A program made the position numbers and the translations under genes. Shown one piece after another: positions 1 to 9,665 of a stretch of 64,000 nucleotides of DNA. The notes beneath the pieces were generated by a model. The model was not told where the DNA came from, made no database searches, and saw only the letters and a list, made by a program, of their open reading frames with translations. The stretch comes from Fibrobacterales bacterium (lineage in GTDB: Bacteria; Fibrobacterota; Fibrobacteria; Fibrobacterales; JAOPTW01), in NCBI GenBank assembly GCA_051532035.1, contig JAOPTW010000006.1, positions 96,001 through 160,000 on the forward strand. Reading direction: 5' to 3'. Position 1 is the stretch's first letter, and each line of letters opens with the position of its first letter.

Positions 1-1
1 A

Positions 2-64
2 TACTCTGATTTAGGCATTAATAGAGAGCGCATTGAACATTTGCGCACACTCCTTAATCCCTGA
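2..64 (+). CDS. 3' end of a CDS running in from outside the window (partial)
   Basis: Open frame YSDLGINRERIEHLRTLNP-like ending TGA at 62-64, convergent with the nitroreductase stop; too short to identify. Confidence 0.3.
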   Translation, partial: YSDLGINRERIEHLRTLLNP

Positions 65-79
65 TAATATAGAGCACCT

Positions 80-712
80 CTAAATATGCTCTACAACTTC
101 TTCGAAGGGAAATCGTGATTTTTTGAGTCGCGATGGATTGGTCGCATCATCAGCATGGGGATAACCAATAGCAAGCACTACAACGGTTTTATACTCAGGG
201 CCCATACCAAGAATTTTATTCATCGCCCCTTTGCGGATACCTTCCATAGGAAGTGAGCCAACACCCAATGTCGCACAAGTGGCCATAACATACCCGAATG
301 CAAGATAGAGTTGATTGCGCACCCAAGCCTTACCCCCCAAACCTTTAGACATGAGCCAGAAAAATCCTGCAAGTTTACTCGGCGAAATCCCACGACGTTT
401 CATAAGTATCTGAAACATCTCGGTTATAGCAACCACACGCTTAATGTGCTTTAATGAAGCCTTCTTTTGAGCAAAGACAAGCAGATGTGAGCACTCTTCA
501 ATTCTCTTTCCATTGGTATCGCGACCTGCCGCCGCTAACCTCTGCTTAATTTCAGGGTTCTCTACAACAAAAAGCTTCCACGCTTGGAGATTAATAGATG
601 AGGGCGCAAGATGAAATGATTTTTTGATAATCTCAAGATCCGCTTCGTTCACTTTTTTATCAGTATCAAACTTTTTAACACTGTACCGTGCTTGCAACTG
701 CTCTAGGGTCAT
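80..712 (-). CDS. Nitroreductase family flavoprotein
   Basis: RYSVKKFD, APSSINLQAW, SLPMEG and LAIGY motifs; ATG at 712 preceded by GGAG is preferred over the GTG at 724. Confidence 0.9.
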   Translation of the reverse strand: MTLEQLQARYSVKKFDTDKKVNEADLEIIKKSFHLAPSSINLQAWKLFVVENPEIKQRLAAAGRDTNGKRIEECSHLLVFAQKKASLKHIKRVVAITEMFQILMKRRGISPSKLAGFFWLMSKGLGGKAWVRNQLYLAFGYVMATCATLGVGSLPMEGIRKGAMNKILGMGPEYKTVVVLAIGYPHADDATNPSRLKKSRFPFEEVVEHI

Positions 713-875
713 CTGCCACTCCACTCTATGTTGTATCGATACAGAAATAGGTTATTATATATCAACTGCCTATGCTCTATCACACATTAATACACTCTAA
801 CGCACATCTTATCAACCTTACACAACAGCTGAACAACTGATCACCATTCGATACGCTACTCTGGCACTTTCTTTG

Positions 876-904
876 TTGTGAAACGTTTCAAATAAAGGTA
901 TCTT
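876..904 (+). promoter_or_regulatory. Sigma70-like promoter overlapped by a LacI/GalR-type palindromic operator
   Basis: TTGTGA (876-881), 17-nt spacer, TATCTT (899-904); perfect palindrome TGAAACGTTTCA at 879-890. Confidence 0.6.
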
Positions 905-910
905 ATTTTT

Positions 911-1168
911 ATGAATCAAAAATATGTTACCGCAATCGGCTGGACCGCCTCACTTATGGCGATCACTATGTATTTCTCTCATATTGATCAAATACTGCTC
1001 AATCTTGATGGTCATAAAGGGTCGATACTGCTCCCTGCAGTTACTACTCTCAACGCATTTTTTTGGACGCTTTATGGCACATTTAAAGAGAAAAAAGATT
1101 GGCCAATTATCGTCTGTAATTGCCCAGGAATTCTTCTAGGAATAGCCTCAACCGCGACATCCCTCTAA
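911..1168 (+). CDS. SemiSWEET family sugar transporter
   Basis: 85 aa with three TM helices; GW..S.MA..MY.S.IDQ (PQ-loop variant), WTLYG and DWPIIVCNCPG motifs. Confidence 0.85.
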   Translation: MNQKYVTAIGWTASLMAITMYFSHIDQILLNLDGHKGSILLPAVTTLNAFFWTLYGTFKEKKDWPIIVCNCPGILLGIASTATSL

Positions 1169-1171
1169 AAA

Positions 1172-2332
1172 TTACCATTCTACATAGAGCCCATCAATAT
1201 AGAAGTCCCCACTACTCTCATCACCCTGCTGCTCTAACAGTATTAAGAACTTGTTTGCCCACTGCAAACTTTCTTCAAGATCGGCCCCCTGCGGTAAACC
1301 ATCTGCCCATTGGCCCGTAGGACCCGTTTGATAGAGTTGCCACTCTGAATCGGGATACGAAGGTTTACTACACGCCAGTGTTTGAAGAATATCTGATTCA
1401 AAACAGATTTGGTGTGTATAGGAACCTGAACCTTTTACCAAATAGTGCATATTCTTAATTTCACGCACATCAAAAGGAGCAACAAATTGATCCGTTGTAA
1501 GAAAAAAGCCCAGACCTGCATAAGAACCCGGAGCCCCTAATTCGAGATGATACGCCGCTACTTTATTACCACTCTGTGGCTCGGTAAAAAGGTGCCCACC
1601 ATCAGTACCTATAAAAGTTATTGCAGTACCTCCCCCCTGTATCCCGTCAGTATAGGGCCACCACTGTGAACCCCATTCATTTTCCATAGACCCAAGTTCA
1701 TGTTCAAAATCATCAATAGAATGCAATCCTTCATTAAACAAGCTATAGCGATCGTTATACTCGAGACGCACGGTATCCAATTCCAATACTATCGTATCCT
1801 TCATGTAGAACACTCTTCCGGTGCCTTCACCCGAGGTATTTGAAAAAACTTCAACCTCATACCGTCCCTGAGGCAGATTGCCCAGTACCCCTTTACCCTC
1901 TTGCAACACATCATAATAAGGTAATCCTGCCACCTGAACAAAGACAGAGGCAGAATCAGGGAGTGGCTCAATTGACACGGTAATGACACTACTCGCACCC
2001 AGAATAAAATTCTCTCCATGCTCACTATCCACTCGGCTTTCTGAATAGATCCACCCCGACTCTCCATTTGTCGCCCGAGCAAAAACTTCATAAGCACCAT
2101 CAGGAATAGTCTCGAAAAAAAACTCTCCACTCAGGCTTGTTAACACGCTATCAGTAATAACCCCATATTCATTGAGTAGATACACTGAAGCGCCCTCAGC
2201 TTCTGACTTATCTGATAAAAGAAGTTTCCCCGCCACACCATTAGGCACATCATCTGGAATCACTAACACCTCTTCCTGAGATCGACTACATGCCCCCAAC
2301 AGTAAAAAGAGCAGTATACACCACCATTTCAT
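1172..2332 (-). CDS. Lipoprotein with carboxypeptidase-regulatory-like Ig folds and a C-terminal CBM11/CIA30-like domain
   Basis: Lipobox LGAC; G.F.F..IPDG.Y motif; C-terminal IDDFE...W..YTD...GLGF...FYIDGL pattern; paralogous to 23883-25073. Confidence 0.7.
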   Translation of the reverse strand: MKWWCILLFLLLGACSRSQEEVLVIPDDVPNGVAGKLLLSDKSEAEGASVYLLNEYGVITDSVLTSLSGEFFFETIPDGAYEVFARATNGESGWIYSESRVDSEHGENFILGASSVITVSIEPLPDSASVFVQVAGLPYYDVLQEGKGVLGNLPQGRYEVEVFSNTSGEGTGRVFYMKDTIVLELDTVRLEYNDRYSLFNEGLHSIDDFEHELGSMENEWGSQWWPYTDGIQGGGTAITFIGTDGGHLFTEPQSGNKVAAYHLELGAPGSYAGLGFFLTTDQFVAPFDVREIKNMHYLVKGSGSYTHQICFESDILQTLACSKPSYPDSEWQLYQTGPTGQWADGLPQGADLEESLQWANKFLILLEQQGDESSGDFYIDGLYVEW

Positions 2333-2739
2333 ACTAACTCCACATAAAAATATTGACTCGGGCCCAATATGAGGTTCACCACCCCATCCTCACCTTGGTC
2401 CTCTTTACTGTATTGTACCATCCGTTAAACACAATCTGCAATGTTTTAACAAAAAAAGTGTTGTTTTTTGAGCCAAACCACCAATCAATCGAACGATGCA
2501 TTCTTACCCCATTTATTACTCTCTATCAATACACCATCCCCAACCCCCGAGAGTAGAAAACAACAGTAAAAATCGAGTAGAGCACACTCTAATCTCAATC
2601 CTCACCCTTTGACACGTATGGACATTTTAACCGCATCTAGTTTATAGATTTCTAAAGCCCCAGCCGAAGACTTTTATTTACCATCTTAAAAACACCCCAA
2701 AAAACCGTAATTCAAGCAATACTAAGCAAAATAAGTACA

Positions 2740-2774
2740 TTTGTTGACATTTTTATCATTTTTGTGGACATTTT
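2740..2774. promoter_or_regulatory. 21-bp-period direct repeat, candidate transcription-factor site
   Basis: TTTGTTGACATTTT (2740-2753) and TTTGTGGACATTTT (2761-2774) in the divergent promoter region upstream of the GH31 gene. Confidence 0.45.
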
Positions 2775-2959
2775 ATTTGTAAATAATTGCAAATATTCCC
2801 TTATTTCATCTTTATATGTAGGAAGAATAGAACTCTTTTGTGTACATTTAATATCGGGACACGATGCCTCATTAGGAGAGGTATTATTAATTGAATAGAT
2901 ACATGAGGAGCGGCTTCTTACAGCTTTCAGCATCTCTGTATTGAACATCACGAGGGACT

Positions 2960-5104
2960 ATGAGATTACTTACGAAAGTAACTGGTATGGCTATAGCTAT
3001 ACTCTTTTCGAGCGCAACCATGACACAAGCAGCAGAGCTCGATCCTGTATTTTGGCAACCAAAAGACCACGCAATGCTCCCCAAGTGGGCATATGGATAC
3101 TGGCAAGTGGGCTTTGCACCCGTACCTGCAGACAATGCAGCAGAAGTACTCCAACTCGCTCAAGAACACCGCAACAGCGAACACCCTGGCGACGTATGGA
3201 TTCTCGATCTCGGTTCATGGAACTGTACTCCTGTCGGATCAGATGGATGGGCATCAGAGGATTGGTGTGCGGGAAAATTTGACGACCCTGCTGATTTTAT
3301 CAAGAAAATGAACGACATGAACTGGCACATCGGCATCAATTACCACCCTTGGGGCCACCAAGATGCACAACCAAAACAAGAATATATCAACACCCTTATC
3401 AGAGATGCCCAGTATGGCTCTGAAATTCCATGGATTGACATTAGATCAAATGACCCCATTTGGTGGATGTGGGATGCCACGGCAGAATTCTGGAAAAACA
3501 ACGGCAACAAACGAAACATGATGCTAAACTACTTAGGAAGCTTTAGCTATGGCGATCTCGACCAAGACCACGACTGGGATCTTGGCAAAGATGCAGCATT
3601 CCCTTCTTACTGGACCGGCGACACAGAACCAAGCTGGAGAAACTTTAATGATCAAGTAAAACGTATTACTCACGACGGCGCTTGGGACGGCCTTTACACC
3701 CTCCATATGGACACCCCGGGCCACTTTTTCCTTGACATGAAAGAGTATCCAGAACTCACAGCACGCACCGTACTCTTTTCTGACTGGTCACCCCTCGTAC
3801 AGCAACATGGACAAGGCGGACGACTCGTGAAACAAGCGACTCAAGAAGTACAAGAGATCATGATTAAATCTCGTAAACTGAGATATCGCCTGATGCCCTA
3901 TATCTATACTCTGAACTGGGAGATGTGGGCAAAAGCACTTCCAATCACTCGCCCAATGGATATGATGTTCCCCAATGACAACAGCGTTAAAGACGACTAC
4001 CAACAATATATGTTTGGTAACAACTTTCTCGTAGCACCTGTCATTTCTGATCGTCACGATAATGATGAAAAAGCAAAGGATTTTGGTTCATCGACAATGG
4101 AAATTACCCTCCCACAAGACAAAGAGTGGATTGACTACTGGAGTCATGAAGAGCATGCCGGCGGAACAACTCTCGACTACGATGTAACTGATTGGGGCAA
4201 AATACCCATATTTGTCGCCAAAGGCTCTATCATACCAATGGGACCAACTATTAAATGGATTGAACCCTCTGAACACCCTGACCCATTAACTCTCGACATC
4301 TTCCCAGCAAAGAGCGGCGAAGAAGCAACATTCACCATGTACGATGATGACGGTGAAACACTTGAATATAAGAGCGACAAAGGTGCAACAACAACCTTTA
4401 CTGCCGCAACAACAGATAAGACCATCACATTCACCATCGCCGCTGCAGATGGCGATTACGCTGGTAGACCTTCAGATCGTGGCTACATTGTAAAACTCAA
4501 TCTTCAAGACGTTAAAGCAGCTGAAGTATATGTGAACGGTGAAGAAATCTCTGAGACCTCTTCGGTATCTGATATCCTTGATGGCAAGACTGAAAACGGC
4601 TGGGCATTTGACGCCAATAAAAAGACTGCCTATGTTGCGTTTAGAGCATCAACTGATGAAAAGTCAACAGTGGTCTACAGCATTGAAGGCGGGCTCCCTG
4701 CTGAAGACCTTAGCTCGGAATCAACCCCTTCTTCTGATGAAGAGAGCTCTTCTGAGAAAGATGCAGAAAGTTCACAAGCCTCTGACGAAGTATCAAGTAG
4801 CGACGATGAAATTGGTGAAGGTTCAAGTGCGCAAGACGAAAGCTCAGACGAACCATCTCCCAAAGAGTCAAGCCAAGATACATCACCACTTACTTGGAAG
4901 AGCGCAAAAGGTATTACTGCCGGCCTTATTCCAGTAGTACACATTCAAGATGCGCCACTCAGTATTGATGTTCCTCAAGGAACAACTATGATTACCGTAT
5001 TCAGTATCACTGGCGAGGTAATGCTGCAGTCTTCTGTAAAAGAAGCCTCACGCAATACTCTCCCCCAATCACTGCCTCATGGAATGCTCTTTATTAAATA
5101 CTAA
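2960..5104 (+). CDS. Secreted glycoside hydrolase family 31 (TIM barrel, C-terminal beta domains/DUF5110, Ser-rich linker, T9SS-like tail)
   Basis: Signal peptide; LPKWAYGYWQ, WID (nucleophile position), YWTGD (acid/base position), RYRLMPYIY, QYMFG..FLVAP, YDDDGET. Confidence 0.9.
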   Translation: MRLLTKVTGMAIAILFSSATMTQAAELDPVFWQPKDHAMLPKWAYGYWQVGFAPVPADNAAEVLQLAQEHRNSEHPGDVWILDLGSWNCTPVGSDGWASEDWCAGKFDDPADFIKKMNDMNWHIGINYHPWGHQDAQPKQEYINTLIRDAQYGSEIPWIDIRSNDPIWWMWDATAEFWKNNGNKRNMMLNYLGSFSYGDLDQDHDWDLGKDAAFPSYWTGDTEPSWRNFNDQVKRITHDGAWDGLYTLHMDTPGHFFLDMKEYPELTARTVLFSDWSPLVQQHGQGGRLVKQATQEVQEIMIKSRKLRYRLMPYIYTLNWEMWAKALPITRPMDMMFPNDNSVKDDYQQYMFGNNFLVAPVISDRHDNDEKAKDFGSSTMEITLPQDKEWIDYWSHEEHAGGTTLDYDVTDWGKIPIFVAKGSIIPMGPTIKWIEPSEHPDPLTLDIFPAKSGEEATFTMYDDDGETLEYKSDKGATTTFTAATTDKTITFTIAAADGDYAGRPSDRGYIVKLNLQDVKAAEVYVNGEEISETSSVSDILDGKTENGWAFDANKKTAYVAFRASTDEKSTVVYSIEGGLPAEDLSSESTPSSDEESSSEKDAESSQASDEVSSSDDEIGEGSSAQDESSDEPSPKESSQDTSPLTWKSAKGITAGLIPVVHIQDAPLSIDVPQGTTMITVFSITGEVMLQSSVKEASRNTLPQSLPHGMLFIKY

Positions 5105-5152
5105 AGAACCCCATTTAATACCCATAATTGAAATAGCGCCCTCTATTTCAAT

Positions 5153-5191
5153 GAAAACCCTTTCTGCCTTATGGCGGGAAGGGTTTCTTTT
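5153..5191. terminator. Intrinsic terminator between convergent genes
   Basis: AAACCCTTTCTGCC-TTAT-GGCGGGAAGGGTTT followed by a T run; a second hairpin TTGAAATAG/CTATTTCAA lies at ~5128-5151. Confidence 0.75.
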
Positions 5192-5194
5192 TAT

Positions 5195-6253
5195 CTATTC
5201 ACCACCCAGCATCTCGCCTGCAATTGCACTACGAAAACGGTTAATCCTCTCTGGAGTACTCTCTCTGTTGGGCCAGGTACCATTTGAAAGGAGCACCATC
5301 GCCCTTCCTTTAGACACATCTCCCAACAGATTACACCCAGTGAATCCCGTCTTTCCAAAAGTTTGCTTGGTTCTACCCACACCCATATAGCGTTCTTGAT
5401 TAAGCTCAAAACCAAGGCCCGTAAAAAGACCTATCGATTGAATCTGGTTTGTCCATACTTGCTCAGCAATTGATTCACTTATAAATTGAGCTCCATTATA
5501 CGAACCCTTATTTAATAGCATCTCCATGGCGTTCAATAGATCGGGCACCGTAGAGAAGAGCCCTGCAGAGCCCGCTACAAAAAGTTCTCTGAGGCTATAG
5601 GCACTTTCATCATGCACCTCACCTTGAATAACACGCCCTCTCCAAGCGTCATCTTCTGAAGGGACAATAGCAGAGAGCTCGAAGTGTTTCTTTGGGAAAA
5701 AACCAGTACTGTGCATCATAAGAGGATCAAACACCTCTCTTTGAGCAGCCTCTTCAAAAGGCATACTATAGAGCTCACTCATCAAAATACCCAGCACAAT
5801 ACTCGAAGCATTACAATAACAAAAGGACTCCCCAGGCGGCAAATTAAACGGATGAGTGTAGAGTTTTTCAAGGATTTCAATAGGGAGTCGATCTTTTAAA
5901 CCAGCGAGAGAAAAACGATAATCAACGGTATGGGTCAAGAGGTGTTTTACCAGTACTTCTTTTTCAATACCCACTTGATAACCATCGATATACTTATTGA
6001 CTGGGTCTTCAAGGGATAGTTCACCTGCATCAAGTAACTTCAGTGCAAGAAGTGCAGTGGGTACCGATTTGGTAATTGAAGCACAGTCATAGAGCGACTG
6101 ATTAGTAACCGGAGCTTCATTGTCGTAGGTATGAAACCCAAATGGGGCTATACTTCGTGCACCACTCCTATCAACAATGCCAACACAACAACCCGGAAAG
6201 AGTTGATCTTCAATTGCATCAGAGACATATCTAGAAAGAGCACTACTCAACAT
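5195..6253 (-). CDS. Serine hydrolase, beta-lactamase/AmpC-like family
   Basis: SxxK (SITK), LLTHT, YxN (YCN), GEVHDE, GSAGLFST, GKTGFTG. Confidence 0.9.
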   Translation of the reverse strand: MLSSALSRYVSDAIEDQLFPGCCVGIVDRSGARSIAPFGFHTYDNEAPVTNQSLYDCASITKSVPTALLALKLLDAGELSLEDPVNKYIDGYQVGIEKEVLVKHLLTHTVDYRFSLAGLKDRLPIEILEKLYTHPFNLPPGESFCYCNASSIVLGILMSELYSMPFEEAAQREVFDPLMMHSTGFFPKKHFELSAIVPSEDDAWRGRVIQGEVHDESAYSLRELFVAGSAGLFSTVPDLLNAMEMLLNKGSYNGAQFISESIAEQVWTNQIQSIGLFTGLGFELNQERYMGVGRTKQTFGKTGFTGCNLLGDVSKGRAMVLLSNGTWPNRESTPERINRFRSAIAGEMLGGE

Positions 6254-6387
6254 ACCGTCACCCCACTCAATTATTTTATCATCAATCTAAAAATTTTTAA
6301 ATATGATTGCCCGATAAATTTAAGCGACACCTGTCATTATACATCTCATTGTAACGAGCGAACTCCCCCCCCCCTCTAGATCAACTC

Positions 6388-7743
6388 TTAAAACTCTATA
6401 CAGATACGACAGAAAGGATTCACCCGCCCTTGGAGGTCGTAGCGGATTTTTTCAGATACTCCAATAGGCGATTCATGACCCTCAATAAAAAGGCGGGCGG
6501 TAGATCCACTACTACTCGAAACCGTTTCTTGAGAACTTGATACCAGTGTTTCAGATGAAAGCCCCATTTGTGAGCTTTCTCCTTCCCCAAACTCTTCTGA
6601 TGAATAATGAAGCGACATACTCGAGCTAGAAGTACTCGAACTTGATAAAGCTCCATCAGAGCTATTGTCAGAACTCCCCTCAGCACTACTCATAGGGATA
6701 ACCTCAGTTGTACCATCATCATGATTCACAATAATTTCAGGATAGAGATGGTCCATGTCATAACTTAAAGTTGCACCAGCGCTACATTCCTCACCACACT
6801 CTTCAGGAAAGGGCGCCTCATAGACTCTCCCCTCAAAAACAAAATTGCCATCAAGGTCTTTAACCTTTACGAGAATTACATCTTGCTGTGCATCAGGCAT
6901 AATCCACTGCTGCCCCATATCACCCTCTTGAGAAGCCTCGACCCATGTGGTGTCAGAACCTTCAACCACTCCTTGAACTGCACCACTAATACCATTGGGC
7001 AGATTGGTAAACAGAAGTCTCAACCATCCCTTTTCCTTGGACCCCTTCGTGTACCAGATATGAATATCCCCTCGATATTTTGGATTTTTAACAAAACGCC
7101 ATGAAACTTGGCGATTATTGAAAAACTCCGTCTCCCATAGCCCGCTCCCCCTTAAAAACGCGAAAGGATCTATATACGAACCATCATCATACTGAAAAGC
7201 ATTGAGAGACTCAGTATGAATATCCACATGATACTTACTGTCACGACACCAAACATTGCCATCCGAACACTGGTCTGTTACAATGGCATACATCTTAGTA
7301 TCATTCTTATCATCGCTATACCAACCCGTATTATTATTACAGATAGTTGTACCTTCTGCACCCGAATTACCATATTGGCTATCGCACTCATCACCTAAGG
7401 TAATCTCGATCCAACGTCCACAATTAAAACCGTTATTATACATTCCGAGATAAGGGTCACTCGGATCAAGAGGACGAGACCCATAATCCCCGGGTGCCTT
7501 ATGATAGGAACCCGGCTCATTAAATACGTTCAGTGCAACAAAGTTATTTTCATCAAGACCAACCAGTGCGCTGTCCTGACCATCGTAATCAAGAACAGCC
7601 TGAGGAACACCACAGGCTCCATATGGAGCTCCTAATAACTGAAAATGCGTCGCAGCACCTTCCCGAATACGATTATCAGATAGATGCCCTTCATCGCCAA
7701 ACGAAAAAATTACGAAACAGAGAATTAAAAGAAATACTTTCAT
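6388..7743 (-). CDS. Secreted expansin-like protein (DPBB/EG45 domain, CBM63-like domain, Ser-rich linker, short secretion tail)
   Basis: Signal peptide; ATHF..GACG, NCGRWIEIT, VTDQC, HVDI; aromatic D2-like region; tail RYDLQGR. Confidence 0.8.
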   Translation of the reverse strand: MKVFLLILCFVIFSFGDEGHLSDNRIREGAATHFQLLGAPYGACGVPQAVLDYDGQDSALVGLDENNFVALNVFNEPGSYHKAPGDYGSRPLDPSDPYLGMYNNGFNCGRWIEITLGDECDSQYGNSGAEGTTICNNNTGWYSDDKNDTKMYAIVTDQCSDGNVWCRDSKYHVDIHTESLNAFQYDDGSYIDPFAFLRGSGLWETEFFNNRQVSWRFVKNPKYRGDIHIWYTKGSKEKGWLRLLFTNLPNGISGAVQGVVEGSDTTWVEASQEGDMGQQWIMPDAQQDVILVKVKDLDGNFVFEGRVYEAPFPEECGEECSAGATLSYDMDHLYPEIIVNHDDGTTEVIPMSSAEGSSDNSSDGALSSSSTSSSSMSLHYSSEEFGEGESSQMGLSSETLVSSSQETVSSSSGSTARLFIEGHESPIGVSEKIRYDLQGRVNPFCRICIEF

Positions 7744-7900
7744 TATATGCCCTCAAATGCTGAACACCCTCTCTTTCACCCAAAAAGAGACGTGTTTTTG
7801 TGTGCCTTATTAACCAATAATATAAGTTATTAGTCTACAGATTCAAATAACCCTCTTATTACTTTGAGTTGAGAAGAGATATTCATTGGTATTTATGCAT

Positions 7901-7932
7901 AAAAAAAGCCACCCCTGAGTAAGGAGCGGCTC
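7901..7932 (-). terminator. Intrinsic terminator of the GPH transporter gene
   Basis: Minus strand GCCGCTCCT-TACTC-AGGGGTGGC followed by T7. Confidence 0.75.
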
Positions 7933-7955
7933 TAAAAACTAAACGAGAGAAGATG

Positions 7956-9410
7956 TTACGCTTCTTCACCCTCGTGCTGTACTTTACCACGACGCGCTTC
8001 GAGCTCTGCACGAACTTCATGTGCACGTTCTTCAGTAATATCATATTTTGACATAAGATACATAGCAAGTATAGAGGTTACAATAGGAATAACAATATCA
8101 GCAACTCTTAACTGAAATATTGTTTCAGCGCTCTGAGCCCCTGCATTTGGAACATAATCAACCAGTGACAATACTACAAAACTTGTCCCTAAAGCCAATG
8201 CTTGCCCCAACTTAACCATCCACCAGTATACTGCCCCAAAAGTACCTTCACGACGCTCACCCGTATTTAACTCATCGAGGTCACACACATCCGCAGTCAT
8301 AGACATCATAAGTGTAAATAGACCACCGATCCCAAAAGAAAAGAAAGGAAGAGGTAACACCATTAACCAAGGCGTCCCTGGAGTGTATCCCCACCACTTA
8401 AGTCCATACCCGATAATTGCAATAACGGTCGAAATCATAAAAGCTTTTTGCTTGCCATGTTTCTTTGATAAATACGTTATAATCGGAATAGCAAAAAAAC
8501 AAGTACATAAAGCAGTGAGAGAACCAATCAATGAAGGCCACGTTCCAGCAACTCCAATATTCTCAAACATATAACTTGTTGTAATATAAAAAGAGTATTG
8601 AGCCACAGTTTGGAAACCATTAAACACAAGAAAGGTAGTTAAACACAATAACAAGAATGGTTTACAATTAAATGTTTGGGCGATACCTTTAAAGAAATCT
8701 TTCATAATGTCACCCGCTCCAGATAATGACATTTTCTTAGCATCACTTCTTTCTGGCAACACTCTTTCTTTACAAAACAATGCTGGTACGATCGCAAAAA
8801 GAAAACATGCAATGCCAACCCATACCGCTAATGTTCTACAACCAACCACTGCATTCTCATATAATTCTGGGTCATAAATAATAACCCAAAACCAAGGAAC
8901 AACCACCCAAGATATTTGGCCAAACCATTGAGCAATAGCCATTATTCTTGTACGTTCGTTAAAATCAGGAGTCATTTCATACCCTAAAGCAACAAATGGA
9001 GTTGCAAAAATGGTATATCCTAAGTAAAACAATAATGAAAATCCTAGAAAATACCAGAAATTATACGACTCACCATTTTCTGGGTAGATCTGCCACATAA
9101 TGATGTATGCGACACTGGTTACAATAGCACCAATGAAAATAAATGGCTTTCTACGCCCCCATTTTGTTCGCGCATTATCAGAAATATACCCCATAATCGG
9201 ATCTGTTAAAGCGTCCCAAATCCGAGGTGAGGCCGCTAATACGCCCGCTTTCCAGGGGCTCATTCCTAACCCCTCAACCAATACCACAATAAAGACACTT
9301 AATGCCGCTGTGAAAAAATTATTAGCTAACATACCAATACCAAATGCAATTTTTTGACTTATTGGGACGATGTCTTCAGGAGCCGTTTCGTAGTGTTTTA
9401 CTTCACTCAT
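7956..9410 (-). CDS. MFS glycoside-pentoside-hexuronide (MelB-like) cation symporter
   Basis: RIWDALTDPIMG.ISD..RT.WGRRKPF, EMTPDFNERT, ADVCD.DEL.TG.RREG; about 12 TM helices. Confidence 0.92.
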   Translation of the reverse strand: MSEVKHYETAPEDIVPISQKIAFGIGMLANNFFTAALSVFIVVLVEGLGMSPWKAGVLAASPRIWDALTDPIMGYISDNARTKWGRRKPFIFIGAIVTSVAYIIMWQIYPENGESYNFWYFLGFSLLFYLGYTIFATPFVALGYEMTPDFNERTRIMAIAQWFGQISWVVVPWFWVIIYDPELYENAVVGCRTLAVWVGIACFLFAIVPALFCKERVLPERSDAKKMSLSGAGDIMKDFFKGIAQTFNCKPFLLLCLTTFLVFNGFQTVAQYSFYITTSYMFENIGVAGTWPSLIGSLTALCTCFFAIPIITYLSKKHGKQKAFMISTVIAIIGYGLKWWGYTPGTPWLMVLPLPFFSFGIGGLFTLMMSMTADVCDLDELNTGERREGTFGAVYWWMVKLGQALALGTSFVVLSLVDYVPNAGAQSAETIFQLRVADIVIPIVTSILAMYLMSKYDITEERAHEVRAELEARRGKVQHEGEEA

Positions 9411-9614
9411 TCATATCACCTTTTATAAAAATGTTCGTCATATCACCTGACAGTTAGCTAGGAAATTTAGTTAATTACCCCAAATTTCAACGGGTTAAGT
9501 TACAAGATTGAAACTCTCTAACCATATATCAAGCCACTATTCAATAGGGTTGCACGACGGAGAGCTCTCAATCTCACCCTTTTTGTGGAACACCAACACA
9601 CAAACCCATTAAAA

Positions 9615-9647
9615 CAAAAAAAGCAGCCCTTTCGAAGCTGCTATTTT
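9615..9647 (-). terminator. Intrinsic terminator
   Basis: Minus strand AGCAGCTTC-GAAA-GGGCTGCT followed by a T run, just after the stop at 9666. Confidence 0.75.
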
Positions 9648-9665
9648 CAAAATGTATTGACAAGA

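Noticed and set aside
6365..6374. C10 homopolymer as a phase-variation tract
   Set aside because: Intergenic, about 110 bp from the next start, and not demonstrably inside a promoter spacer
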